In this document: positions 27,938-37,789 of the stretch, in pieces | Numbering within the stretch: position 1 is the stretch's first letter | Layout: each line of letters starts with the position of its first letter | From: an uncultured Acidobacteriaceae bacterium | GTDB taxonomy: Bacteria; Acidobacteriota; Terriglobia; Terriglobales; Acidobacteriaceae | Reading direction: 5' to 3' | NCBI GenBank assembly: GCA_963784085.1 | Contig: CAWAQH010000006.1 | Span: forward strand, 77,620-141,619 | Length of the DNA stretch: 64,000 nucleotides | Position numbers and translations under genes: made by a program | The notes under the pieces: model-generated | Databases searched by the model: none | What the model was told of the DNA's origin: nothing | The model's input: the letters and a program-made list of their open reading frames with translations, nothing else

Positions 27938-28909
27938 CTAATCCGACCAGCGCTTCGGAGTGCGGTCCCAGCGATGTTTTGTTATCCCGGCAAGCAAGGC
28001 GGAATCGAGCGGGCCGGCGTCACTGGCGGCGACGTTCTCGCGCACGTGCTCCGGGGTACGCATGCCGACAATGGTCGTGCTCACTGCGGGATGGGAAAGA
28101 ATGAAGCGCAGCGACATTTCCGGAAGGGTCATACCCGCAGGCAGGATTTGCTTTAGTTTGTCGACGCGCCCGATCGTATTGGCCAGATTCTCCGGCCCAA
28201 AGTAGCCGGAGCGCCAGTCATTTTTTGGAAAGGTGGTTGCGAGAGTCATCTTGCCGCCGAGGCAGCCTTCATCGAGCGGCACACGCGCGATCACGCCGAC
28301 ATTGAGTTCCTGGCAGATCGGGAACAGTTTGTCTTCGGGCGCCTGATCGAAGATGTTGTAGATCACCTGCACAACGTCGACCAATCCGGTGCGCAGAGCC
28401 TTGATGCCATTTTCCGGCTCCCAGCGATTCAGACTGAGGCCGAAGCGGCGAATCCAACCGCCATCCTTTAACTTTTCGACGGTGGAGCGGAATTCGGGAT
28501 CATCCGTCCAACTGTCGTCCCAGACATGAAATTGCAGCAGGTCAATCGAGTCGACGCGAAGCTTCTTGCGGATCAGGTCGGCGTATTTCAAAACGTGTTC
28601 CGCGGGAAACACGTCGCTGTACTTGTATTTCGGAAGCGCAGGCCATTTGCCGTTGGCGGGAGGAATTTTCGACGCGGCATAGAGGCGTTTGTTCGAGTTG
28701 CGCGTCATGATTTCTCCGAGCATGCCGTCACTCTTGCCTTCACCGTAGGCCCAGGCTGTGTCGAAAAAATTGCAGCCTGAATCGACGGCGAGCTGCAGCG
28801 AATCGAGCGACTGCTGGTCGTCGGAGCCGCTCCAGCCGCTCATACCCCAGAGTCCATAGGCGACGTCGCTGATGTCGAAACCGGTACGGCCGAGCTTACG
28901 GTATTTCAT
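27938..28909 (-). CDS. Aldo/keto reductase
   Basis: 323 aa. MKYRKLGRTGFDISDVAYGLWGM...FFDTAWAYGEGKSD is typical of AKRs. Confidence 0.88.
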   Translation of the reverse strand: MKYRKLGRTGFDISDVAYGLWGMSGWSGSDDQQSLDSLQLAVDSGCNFFDTAWAYGEGKSDGMLGEIMTRNSNKRLYAASKIPPANGKWPALPKYKYSDVFPAEHVLKYADLIRKKLRVDSIDLLQFHVWDDSWTDDPEFRSTVEKLKDGGWIRRFGLSLNRWEPENGIKALRTGLVDVVQVIYNIFDQAPEDKLFPICQELNVGVIARVPLDEGCLGGKMTLATTFPKNDWRSGYFGPENLANTIGRVDKLKQILPAGMTLPEMSLRFILSHPAVSTTIVGMRTPEHVRENVAASDAGPLDSALLAGITKHRWDRTPKRWSD

Positions 28910-28992
28910 AGGAAGTCTTCCTCTAGGATGAGTTCAGTTGTTTAAAGAGGTTTTGCAGCTTCAATCGTAGCAGTTTTGTCCGGTGCGCAAAT

Positions 28993-29075
28993 CAGCCGCG
29001 GATCACACGGATATTCAAGGATGAAGAAATTAGGAGTTTGCTTTTCATCCGTGTTCATCCGTGCAAATCCGTGGC
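28993..29075. repeat. REP-like element related to 11012-11102
   Basis: CAGCCGCGGAT...(CATCCGTG tandem copies)...ATCCGTGGC. The arms pair with one G-T mismatch. It lies between the hom stop and the AKR start. Confidence 0.6.
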
Positions 29076-29137
29076 AAGGAAAGTAGGCATCCTTCGATTG
29101 CTTCGCTCCGGATAACAAAACTAATATGACACGACGT

Positions 29138-30445
29138 TTATCGCAAGATCGGCAGACAGAGGCAGGGTTTCAATGCAAATGGCGACGCGGACATTTCCTG
29201 CAGAGCGGGACGCAATTGCGCGTCGTGGCAGGGTTCGAGAGTGATCACGAAAGGCAGAGCGTTCTTGTCGAAGCCCGGCTTTTGCAGCACGGAGTCGATA
29301 TTGAGCCGATGATGCGAGAGAATCGCGGCCAGGCTGGCGATAATGCCGGGCTGATCTTTCACCACGAGGCGCAGGTACCACGGCGTCTCAAAGTCGCAGC
29401 TCACCTGCGGGGTTGCAAGCTGGAGGGGGCGGCGAGAGCGGGGGCCGGCGGCGAGGCTTTCCGCGACAAACATCAAGTCCGAAACCACCGCAACCGCCGT
29501 GGGATTTCCTCCCGCGCCGGCGCCCAGAAAAGCCATGTCGCCGCCGTATTCTCCTGAGGTCAAAACCAGGTTCAGGTTACGCTGCACACGTCCGAACGGG
29601 GACGCTGTGGGAACCAGGCTGGGGCCAACCTCGGCGAATAACGTGGGCCCTTTCAGATCGGCGCGTGAAATCTGGCGGATGGTGCAGCCGAGCTCGGCCG
29701 CGTAATCGAAATCGACCGAGTCGACGGGGCGAATGGTGCGGGCGCGGATGTCTTCCGGGGAAACGCGAACTTTCAAACCGGCGAGCGCGAGAATGGAAAG
29801 TTTGGCGCGGGCGTCGCCACCATCGAGGTCTTCGCTGGCGTCAGCTTCGGCGTAGCCCTTGGCCTGCGCCTCTTCGAGAGCTTCGCTGAACGGGATGTGC
29901 GCTGTCTCGATGCGGCTGAGAATGTAGTTGCAGGTGCCGTTCAGAATGCCGGAAATACCGTGCAAGTGGTCTCCGCAGAGTCCGGTGCGGAGCGAGGGAA
30001 GAACCGGAACACCGCCGGCGACAGAGGCTCCAAACTCGAGCTGGCAGCCGTTGGCTCCGGCAAGTTGTAGCAGGTCGGGGCCGTGGCGCGCGATCAGTTG
30101 TTTGTTGGCCGTCACTACCGACTTGCCGGCGCTCAAGGCGCCGCGCACCAGTTCTTCCGCCGGCGACAAGCCGCCGATCAGTTCGATGACGATGTCAACG
30201 TCGGAGTTGAGAATGGCATGGAGGTCATCGGTCCAGATTACGTCACCCGGTATCGCAAGCTCCGCACCCCAGCGCTGTTTCTTGGGTTCGAAGTTGCGAT
30301 TAAAAATGTGGGTCAGGCGCAACAATCCGTCGGTGCGTTTACAGAGAATGGCGGCCACGGCGCGGCCTACGGTGCCGAAGCCGACGAGCGCAACCGTGCG
30401 CGGGACGGCCTCGTCCATGGTGGGTTTCGAGGCTTTATTAGGCAA
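29138..30445 (-). CDS. hom: Homoserine dehydrogenase (with C-terminal ACT domain)
   Basis: 435 aa. VALVGFGTVGRAV NAD-binding motif, central catalytic domain, ACT-like tail. Confidence 0.9.
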   Translation of the reverse strand: MPNKASKPTMDEAVPRTVALVGFGTVGRAVAAILCKRTDGLLRLTHIFNRNFEPKKQRWGAELAIPGDVIWTDDLHAILNSDVDIVIELIGGLSPAEELVRGALSAGKSVVTANKQLIARHGPDLLQLAGANGCQLEFGASVAGGVPVLPSLRTGLCGDHLHGISGILNGTCNYILSRIETAHIPFSEALEEAQAKGYAEADASEDLDGGDARAKLSILALAGLKVRVSPEDIRARTIRPVDSVDFDYAAELGCTIRQISRADLKGPTLFAEVGPSLVPTASPFGRVQRNLNLVLTSGEYGGDMAFLGAGAGGNPTAVAVVSDLMFVAESLAAGPRSRRPLQLATPQVSCDFETPWYLRLVVKDQPGIIASLAAILSHHRLNIDSVLQKPGFDKNALPFVITLEPCHDAQLRPALQEMSASPFALKPCLCLPILR

Positions 30446-30596
30446 GATTTATTCTCGTGAAAGAAATACGCCTCCATCCATAATACTTGCAGAACACGCC
30501 GTTCGTGAACGGTAAGCGGCAAAGACTGACCGCGAACCCACTCTGGCAACCTGGTAGCTTAGCTGACTACGATCCTTGGGTTATGATCGCTCCTCG

Positions 30597-31501
30597 ATGA
30601 AGACAGCAGCGCATTCACTCGTTGCCGCAGCGTGCGTCGGCGGCGCCCTGTTGCTGTTGGCTGCTTGTAATAAGGATCAGGGGCCCCAGGCCGACCATCC
30701 CCGGCTCACATCGAAGGTGGCGATGCGCGATGTCAACTTCCACAGCGTCGCCCTCGATCATGACATGCCATACCATACCGTGTTGTGCTCCCGGCGGTTA
30801 TCGCGGTGGGTCAAAGACTACCAGCTATCTATTTGCTGCACGGCGGGGGCGGCGCCTTTCGAGACTGGTCGAACTATTCTGACGTTGCCCAGTTTGCCGA
30901 GCGAGGATTCATTCTTGTCATGCCGGAAGGCAACTCCTCCTACTACACCAATGCCGTTGCCCCGCCGCGGGATCACTATGAGGATTACATCGTGCGCGAT
31001 CTCATCGCCGACGTTGAAGCAGATTCCCGGTCACTGCGCATCGATCAGACCGCGCCATCGTAGGCGTTTCGATGGGAGGCTTTGGTGCAGTGATGCTGGG
31101 TCTTGCGTCATCCTGAACTCTTCGCTTTTGCGGGAGGACTCAGCCCCGCCATTGATGTTCCGCGCCGCCCGTTCTCCATAAGAAGGCTTCAACAGTCTCT
31201 CCATTACAATTCGATTTTCGGGCCTTCCGGGAGTCAGACGCGCCGCGACAGCGACCCGTTCGTCCTCGCCCGGTCAGCGGATACTGAGAAAGCACCCTAC
31301 CTTTTTCTCTCTTGCGGTGAACAAGAGAGCCTGCTGCCTCCGAACCGAGAATTTGCAGTGCTCCTTGCGCAACGCCATTTTCGGTATGAGTTTCATTCTG
31401 CCCAAGGAGGTCACGACTGGAGGCAGTGGAATGAGCGGCTGCCCGACCTGTTTGAGAGCCTACAGCAGCACGTAGGTTCCAGCGAGAATCGAAGGAACTG
31501 A
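30597..31501 (+). pseudogene. Esterase family alpha/beta hydrolase (lipoprotein), about three frameshifts
   Basis: MKTAAHSLVAAACVGGALLLLAAC (lipobox) / LPAIYLLHGGGGAFRDWSNYSDV...VMPEGNSSYYTN / AIVGVSMGGFGAVMLGL (GxSxG, third frame) / RHPELFAFAGGLSPAIDV...GGHDWRQW. Frame switches lie near 30785, 31025 and 31100. Confidence 0.65.
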
Positions 31502-31725
31502 GTGCGCGGGTCCGACTGGCCCAAGAAGCCGCATCCGTAAGCGAGCCGCACGCCCAGGCGGCTCGTCGCGCAGAGTCGGCATCAAAGTTGGTACGATAGT
31601 GCGATCCCGCCGCAACCAGGGAACGCTTTCCTGCGAGGAATCACAAGCGGAACCCTTACCAACGGCGCCTCTCTCATGCCGAGCGCTACGGTCCGCCACG
31701 ACGCCCGGTTATGGGAGGAGGATGG

Positions 31726-32551
31726 ATGATAGGAAAGCTCGCGATTGCCGGTGGGCCGAAGCGGCTGATGTTGAGCATGCTGGTTCTGACCATTGTTTTG
31801 GGAGCGCGGGGGCTCGCGCAAGAAGCGCCCGCCGGGCAGGCACCCGCGACGCCGCCTGCCGAGCAGCAGCGCCCGCGGCGCACCCGCGGCGCCGGCACCG
31901 GCCGCCCAAAAGCCCGATAGCGGGCAGGAGCCGGCAGATGAAGAATCCACTTCGCGGCGAAAGCGTGTGCATGATTACAAGAACTGGTCCTACGACGCGG
32001 GCGCGGGAGCGAACCTGAACAGCGGCAAAACGCAGACTTACGTGCGCGGCGGCGGCTTTGTGGGCACGGCCGGCGTGGCCCGCAATGCCAACAAATATCT
32101 GGGGCTGCGCGCCGATTTTATTTTTGCCAACCTGCCGCTGCGCGACTCCACCCAGCAACTGGCACAGGCGACGGGAGCCAGCAACAACGCATACTCGGTC
32201 ACGGTGGGCCCGGTCATCAATGTCCAGATCACCAAGCTTTACGGCGCGTATGTCCTGTTCGGTCCTGCCTTCACCCATCGCAGCGGGCATCTGGATTCGG
32301 ATTCGACGGTCCCAGGTTCGGCGTGCAATGCTTTCTGGACATGGTGGGGCTCGTGCACGAATTCCAGCATTCCTCTCAGCGGCGATTTTGTTCACTCCAG
32401 CCTGAACCAGTTCGGATACGACTTCGGAGTGGGGGCGACGCGGAAAATGCCGAGCGGGGTTGAACTTTACGCGGAGATCCGTTTCGTCCACGAATCAGGG
32501 GACAGCACGACAACCGATTTTCATCCCATCACCATCGGTTTTCGCTGGTAG
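31726..32551 (+). pseudogene. Outer-membrane beta-barrel (OmpA_N/porin-like) protein, one frameshift
   Basis: Signal peptide MIGKLAIAGGPKRLMLSMLVLTIVLGARGLAQE (ORF 31711..). This shifts near 31870 to ORF 31793.., a barrel sequence ending ...DFHPITIGFRW. Confidence 0.6.
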
Positions 32552-32691
32552 GGAAGCCCCGGGCAAGGCAGGCGGATTATCAGGCGGGCTACTCAGGATT
32601 GGTTCGGTAGCTCCAGAGATTTTCGGCGCGCTGCAACTGCACGAAGGATGAGGCGGTAACGGGCTCGGAAACCGCTGCGCTGGAGTTTGCT

Positions 32692-33721
32692 TCAACTAAT
32701 GCGGCCTCGATCGACGCCGTGCGCGGGCGCGAGCGAGCAGGCCGGATCGGTCGCCTGCGCGTCGCCGGTGAGCAGCAGCGCCTGGCAGCGGCATCCGCCA
32801 AAATCCACGGTGCGCTGCTCGCAACTGCGGCAGGGTTCCGGCATCCATTCTTCTCCCCGAAAACGCATGGAATGAAGGGGATTCGCGCCAGATGAAATCG
32901 AGCGTGTGCTCGCGGACATTTTCGAAGGTGAGACCGGGAATCACTTCCGCGGCGTGGCAGGGAAGAACCTTGCCTGCGGGATTGATGAGCATCAATTTAC
33001 GTCCCCATCCACCCATGCAGGCCTTGGGAAAGCGCGCGTAATAATCGGGGACCACCGAATCGATGCGGATGCGCCCGGTGAGGCGCTTTTCCGCGGCCGC
33101 AACTGTTGCTACCGCTTTTTCAAGCTGGGCGCGCGTTGGCAGCAGCGCGGCGCGGTTCTGCAGGGCCCAGCCGTAATACTGGGTGTGGGCGATCTCCATG
33201 CGCTCGGGGGCGAGTTGCTCGATGAAAGCGATCATCTCGTCGATGTGGTCGATGTTCTGCCGGTGAACGACAAGATTCACGGTGAACGCAATTTTGTGCT
33301 GGCGGATCAAGCGCGAAAGTTCGATCTTGTGCGCATGCGCTTTGGCGCCGGCGATCCAGTTGGCGGCTTCTTCGCGCGAATCCTGGAAGCTGATCTGGAT
33401 GTGATCGAGGCCGGCGTCGACCAGTGCCTGGAGCCGGGCTTCGGCAAGGCCGAGGCCGGAAGTGATGAGATTGGTGTAGAGGCCTGCGGAATGCGCGCCG
33501 GCTATGAGTTCCGTGAGATCGGGGCGCGCCAGCGGTTCGCCGCCGGTGAAGTGCGCGTGCAGCATGCCCAGCTTGCCGCACTGCTGGAAAACGTCGATCC
33601 ATTCTTTGGTGGAAAGTTCTGAACTTGCCGCGGCAAGCTCCAGAGGATTCGAGCAGTAGACGCAATGCAGCGGGCAGCGGTGCGTGATCTCGGCGATGAG
33701 GGCGAGCGGGTTGGGGATCAT
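32692..33721 (-). pseudogene. pqqE: PQQ biosynthesis radical SAM/SPASM protein PqqE, single frameshift
   Basis: From ATG 33721: MIPNPLALIAEITHRCPLHCVYCSNP. The frame shifts between ...[12 protein letters not shown] and [34 protein letters not shown] at the A4 run 32860-32863. Removing one base restores HAFRGEEWM. Confidence 0.8.
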
Positions 33722-33817
33722 CGATTGGCGGCGGCCTGTGGGCAGTGGCCGGAGGCTAGCTCTGACCCTGAACACTGGACAATGTTCTTCGCAGCTCCAA
33801 TTATATGCTTGACTGGC

Positions 33818-33838
33818 ATTGTTACTATGAGTAACAAT
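33818..33838. promoter_or_regulatory. Perfect palindrome ATTGTTACT-ATG-AGTAACAAT overlapping a putative promoter of the TA operon
   Basis: TTGACT (33809-33814), then 17 bp, then TAACAA (33832-33837). The toxin GTG is at 33845, which implies a very short leader or none. Confidence 0.55.
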
Positions 33839-33844
33839 TAAGTA

Positions 33845-34099
33845 GTGTACGCGGTCGTTACTACAAGATCATTCGCTAAGGCGCTTTTCCGGCTTCCGGT
33901 GAACTGGCAGAGGCGGATTGTGGAGAAGATCAAGGAAGTTGCTGCCGATCCCTATGGCAGGCACAGGAACGTAACCAAGCTCCAAGGGCGCGAGGGCTAC
34001 CGGCTGAGAATTGGCGACTGGCGCGTCATTTACGAATTGCATGACGACCGTCTTGAATTGTGGGCTTTGGAAGTGGGAGCGAGAGGAGGGATCTATTGA
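33845..34099 (+). CDS. Type II toxin, RelE/ParE superfamily (HigB-like gene order: toxin first)
   Basis: 84 aa: ...IVEKIKEVAADPYG...VTKLQGREGYRLRIGDWRVIYELHDDRLELWALEVGARGGIY is a typical RelE/ParE fold signature. Its TGA overlaps the antitoxin ATG (TGATG). Confidence 0.8.
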   Translation: MYAVVTTRSFAKALFRLPVNWQRRIVEKIKEVAADPYGRHRNVTKLQGREGYRLRIGDWRVIYELHDDRLELWALEVGARGGIY

Positions 34100-34470
34100 T
34101 GCGTGTCGAAACTATTACGCGCAGGGGCAGGGAATTTGCCGTGATCCCGGTGAAGCATCTGGAGAAACTGATGGAAGATGCCGAAATGCTTGCCGATGTG
34201 AAGGCGTACGATGCGGCAAAAGCGCGTCTTGAGAGTGGCGAGGACGAACTCATTCCGCTGGAGATCACCGAGCGCAGGCTGAGGGGCGAGGCCGCGCTGC
34301 GCATTTGGCGCGAGTACCGGAAGCTTACCCAGGAGCGGCTGGCGAAGAAGGCGAAGGTCTCTCGCGCGCTGATCGCGGCGATTGAGACTAAGCGCAAGAC
34401 CGGGTCGGTCAGCACATGGAAGAAGCTGGGTGCTGCGCTTGGTGTGGGCTGGGAGCAGTTGGCCGACTAG
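34099..34470 (+). CDS. Antitoxin with C-terminal XRE-type HTH
   Basis: From ATG 34099: MRVETITRRGREFAVIPVKHLEKLMEDAEML...WREYRKLTQERLAKKAKVSRALIAAIETKRKTGSVSTWKKLGAALGV. Confidence 0.75.
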   Translation: MRVETITRRGREFAVIPVKHLEKLMEDAEMLADVKAYDAAKARLESGEDELIPLEITERRLRGEAALRIWREYRKLTQERLAKKAKVSRALIAAIETKRKTGSVSTWKKLGAALGVGWEQLAD

Positions 34471-34519
34471 GCGTCTCCGGCACGCATGGACAAGCTGCTC
34501 TCCACTTCTGCAGATCTGT

Positions 34520-34819
34520 CTAATAGTCGACAATCCGCTTATGCCGCAGTTGCTCGAGGAACTGGCTGATGTCGGTGCGAATCTTGGCGGGGTCGGCGTC
34601 GCTGAACTGAGCCTGCAGTTCCGCTATGATCTGGCCGAAGGTGCGCTGGCCGTCGCACGTTCTCGAGACTGAGCGGCCTGTGCCATGCAAGCTTGATTGC
34701 GCCTTCGGGAAACAGGATCACGCGCTCTGTGCCGGGCTTATCCCCCTGCTCCGGTTCTCCGCACCCCAGCGGCAACCGGCGGCCAGACGGGGCTGGCTGG
34801 AATCTTCGGGAGGGGGCAT
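34520..34819 (-). pseudogene. pqqD: PqqD, two compensating frameshifts
   Basis: ATG 34819: MPPPEDSSQPRLAAGCRWGAE. The middle piece ERVILFPEGAIK is in the frame of ORF 34539..34775. It then returns to the first frame as LHGTGRSVSRTCDGQRTFGQIIAELQAQFSDADPAKIRTDISQFLEQLRHKRIVDY-stop (34520). Frame switches lie near 34745 and 34695. Confidence 0.6.
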
Positions 34820-34957
34820 GTTAGTGGTCCGTCTCCTGGAGCGCCAAACGCCGCATGCAAAACGCGGGCAGTTGTGGCACTCCACATTGCGCTTGATAAG
34901 CCAATTCGCAATGCTCCGGTCGGAATGACAAGATTCGAGCTGGATTCCTGATTCATG

Positions 34958-35662
34958 CTAGCTGGCCTCGATGCGGAACGCGCCCGGCGGGGGCCATCCT
35001 GGCTGCACGTAGGCGAAATAGAGCGCGTCGAGCTGGGCCCATAGGATGTCACACTTGTCGCGCAGGGCCTGGATTGCCAACTCCTGCTCGGCGCGCGTTT
35101 TCGCGTTGTCGTAAACATAGTTCACGGCGAACTGCGAATCTTCCGGCGCCTGATAAAGCCGGGCCTCGAAATAATCCAGGCCTCCCGAGAGCCAGGGATA
35201 GTGCTGGCGCAACTTTTCCACGCGCAGAGTAATCAGCCTGGTGGAAAACAATTCCGTCAACGAGGAAGCGACCGCCTCGAGCAGCGAGCGATTGCGAACG
35301 ATATTCAAGTATTCGTTGACGGCGAAGCGGGTCGCGGGAAGAATGCACTTGCCGGCGCGGACCTGCTCGGCATCGAGCCCGGTTGCTTCCGCCAGCTTGA
35401 TCCAGCGCTTGATGCCGCCCTCGCTGGTGGCGTCGCCATCATGATCGACTACGCGCTTGCGCCAGGCGCGGCGGAAAACCGGGTCAGGGCCGCGCGAGAG
35501 AATGATCGAATCTTTTACCGGAATGGTGGACTGGTAGTAGTAGCGGTTCAGCGCCCAGGCCTGCAGTTGCCCGCGGCTGAGCTTGCCTTCGTGCATCAAC
35601 AAGTGAAAAGGATGCTTGTGATGATAGCGCTCCTCGCCCGTTGCCTGGAATTGCGCACGCAA
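34958..35662 (-). CDS. pqqC: Pyrroloquinoline-quinone synthase PqqC (intact)
   Basis: 234 aa, collinear with PqqC (ERYHHKHPFHLLMHEGKL...NRYYYQSTIPVKD...VVDHDGD...RFAVNEYL...SSLTELF). The track start is TTG. The frame is open back to the pqqB stop, so the true start may be further upstream. Confidence 0.88.
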   Translation of the reverse strand: MRAQFQATGEERYHHKHPFHLLMHEGKLSRGQLQAWALNRYYYQSTIPVKDSIILSRGPDPVFRRAWRKRVVDHDGDATSEGGIKRWIKLAEATGLDAEQVRAGKCILPATRFAVNEYLNIVRNRSLLEAVASSLTELFSTRLITLRVEKLRQHYPWLSGGLDYFEARLYQAPEDSQFAVNYVYDNAKTRAEQELAIQALRDKCDILWAQLDALYFAYVQPGWPPPGAFRIEAS

Positions 35663-35704
35663 TTCTTCGAGCGAAAGCAGGCGGGCCTGCAGCGGCTTCC
35701 GAAT

Positions 35705-36627
35705 CTACAGATCGAACTGCCATCCATCCTCCGCAATTTCCCAACCCGCGTCGCGCACCTGGCGATGCTGAGGCTCGCCTCATCCAGCATGGGGTTGGTG
35801 TTATTGATGTGCAAAAATATTTTACGCGGGCGGCGCAATCCCGCCAACTTGTCGAGCGCTGTCCTCGACCGGGACGTGGCCCATCTGCCGCGCGGTTTGT
35901 GCCGCCGCCCTGCACGCGAATCAGTTCGTCGTCGCTCCAGAACGTGCCATCGAAGAGCAACAGGTCGGCGCGTCGAGTTGCTGGAGCAGTGCGTCATCGA
36001 GCTGCAGGGACGGCGGGCATATACGCCAGGCGCGAGCCCGAAGGCGATTCGATGAGAAACCCCAGAGAGGCTTCGCCGGGCGTGAGCTCGGCGCTGGCGT
36101 TGGTCCGTGACATAGGCGGGATAGTGTGTACTCAACGACAAAGCGCGGCACGCGTAAGCCGGAATCTTTGCCCCCAGCGTCAGACAGGGGAAACTCCGCC
36201 GTGGTTCGAAGTCAGTCCAGATCACTTGTTGCGGGATGCGCTGCAGCATGCCGAACATTGAATTGTCCTCGCGGAGAATGCGGCGTACCGAAGACGTGGC
36301 ATGAACGCGCAGGGGCTGAAGTTCGCGCAATAAGAGAAGTCCGAGGACGTGGTCGAGATCGGCATTGGCCAGTGCCACGCCCGCGATCGGCGATTGACGC
36401 AGGTCATCGCGGGGATGCAATTCGGGAGTGGCTTCGATTTGGGCCCGCAGATCGGGAGACGCGCCCAGCAAAAACCATGCGCGGCCATCTTGACTGATCG
36501 CGACCTGGGTTTGCGAGCGCGGCTTGCCGCGAAACGTGCCGGCTCTTACAGAGCGGCAATTGGGGCAGGCGCAGTTCCACTGCGGAAACGCTCCTCCGGC
36601 TGCGGAGCCAAGAATCTTGACTTGCAT
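35705..36627 (-). pseudogene. pqqB: PqqB (metallo-beta-lactamase fold), at least five frameshifts
   Basis: MQVKILGSAAGGAFPQWNCACPNCRSVR...LANADLDHVLGLLLLRE (first about 175 aa in one frame). Then pieces in other frames: LQLDDALLQQLDA / LLFDGTFWSDDELIRVQ / MGHVPVEDSA / LDKLAGLRRPRKIFLHINNTNPMLDEAS / VRDAGWEIAEDGWQFDL-stop (35705). Confidence 0.7.
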
Positions 36628-36943
36628 CTCTGGTGAGTTTACAGCCTGGGCCTGCGGCCGGAGGTAACTTCGAGGGGCCAGAGGGCCGAAGCCGTGGTTT
36701 TGCGTCGTGGAGATCGCTTAGAGCGCGGCAAGGTGACAGAACTTGCAACGTTTCTCAGATGACTTGCGGCAAGTGTGAAATTCTCTGCGTTTTTCTCTGC
36801 TGTGGGGCGAGAATCGCCCTTGGGGAGGCGGTTTCTTCTTGCCTTTGCACCATTACCGCTGCATACTCGAAGGGCTCGCACGACGCGGGTTTCAGCCCTC
36901 CTCCCGGCCCTCCCCGGTTCCATGTTTCCTAGGGCTGGGTTTT

Positions 36944-37321
36944 CTAGGTCTGGCCGGCAGAGGCTGCGCAGCGCAACGGATCGACATCCCAGAGCTTGGC
37001 ATCACCGGACATGTTTTCCACTCCTACTTCGCCCGCCATTTGAGTTCCAGGCTTGCCGCACCACACGATGCGGAACTGCGCTTTCGTTCCCAGATACAGA
37101 ACGTCGACAACATCTCCCGGCTTCAATACAGCGTCCACGCACTGGAGCGTGGCCCCCCGGCCGCTGATAGTGCGCAGGCTGGCGGGCTGGGTGAAGGGTC
37201 GGGAATGAGCGTCCATGCCCCAGATTTGCACGGGAAGGTCAACGAAAACGCGCGACTGACGGCGCCGGTCCATGCGTTGCTCCTTGGTTTTAAGGCAGCG
37301 ATTTGAAACAGGTTCAGGCAT
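36944..37321 (-). CDS. PilZ domain protein
   Basis: C-terminal 125 aa of track ORF 36944..37576: MDRRRQSRVFVDLPVQIWGMD...RTISGRGATLQCV...GTKAQFRIVWCG. The start is ATG 37321 or 37273. Confidence 0.7.
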   Translation of the reverse strand: MPEPVSNRCLKTKEQRMDRRRQSRVFVDLPVQIWGMDAHSRPFTQPASLRTISGRGATLQCVDAVLKPGDVVDVLYLGTKAQFRIVWCGKPGTQMAGEVGVENMSGDAKLWDVDPLRCAASAGQT

Positions 37322-37419
37322 GGTAGGGGGGAGGGCCGGGCAAACAAAGGTCACCACGGTCACAGAGGGGGCTGTGTCGAAAGTTTGGTTACCGATTGGC
37401 AGGGCGCGAAAACGGCCTG

Positions 37420-37653
37420 TTAGTTCATGTCCCCCAGCGAGCAGGCGCCGGGACCGCGAGGATCGCCGCAGGAACCGCACCCGCCCGTCGACGCGGATGT
37501 GGAAGCGGAGCCTTTGGTCGACATGGCAAAAACACTCAGTTGTGGGCTGAGCTTCAGGCTTTGACATTTTGGGCACTTAGCCTTGTCGTGGCCGAAGACC
37601 AGAGTCTCAAATTCATGCTGGCATTGCTGGCAGATGTATTCAAAAATTGGCAT
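37420..37653 (-). CDS. FmdB-family zinc-ribbon protein (CxxC...CxxC)
   Basis: From ATG 37653: MPIFEYICQQCQHEFETLVFGHDKAKCPKCQS, followed by a Ser/Gly-rich tail with CGSCG. Confidence 0.8.
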   Translation of the reverse strand: MPIFEYICQQCQHEFETLVFGHDKAKCPKCQSLKLSPQLSVFAMSTKGSASTSASTGGCGSCGDPRGPGACSLGDMN

Positions 37654-37789
37654 GAGGATCACTCCGTGGAACTAACTGTTCCTATTAGAATCAATTCGTG
37701 GAAACTTCGCAAACTCGCGGTGTCGCCTGAGGCCTGCCGATTCCAAGACTGAGCTCGGAGACGATGCGGCGCAAGAGACGGCCAGCTTC

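Noticed and set aside
36720-36852. Cys-containing peptide in the third minus frame upstream of pqqB (...REFHTCRKSSEKRCKFCHLAAL-stop) as an alternative RiPP precursor
   Set aside because: There is no ATG, GTG or TTG start in frame and no RBS. The composition looks like chance translation of a promoter region.
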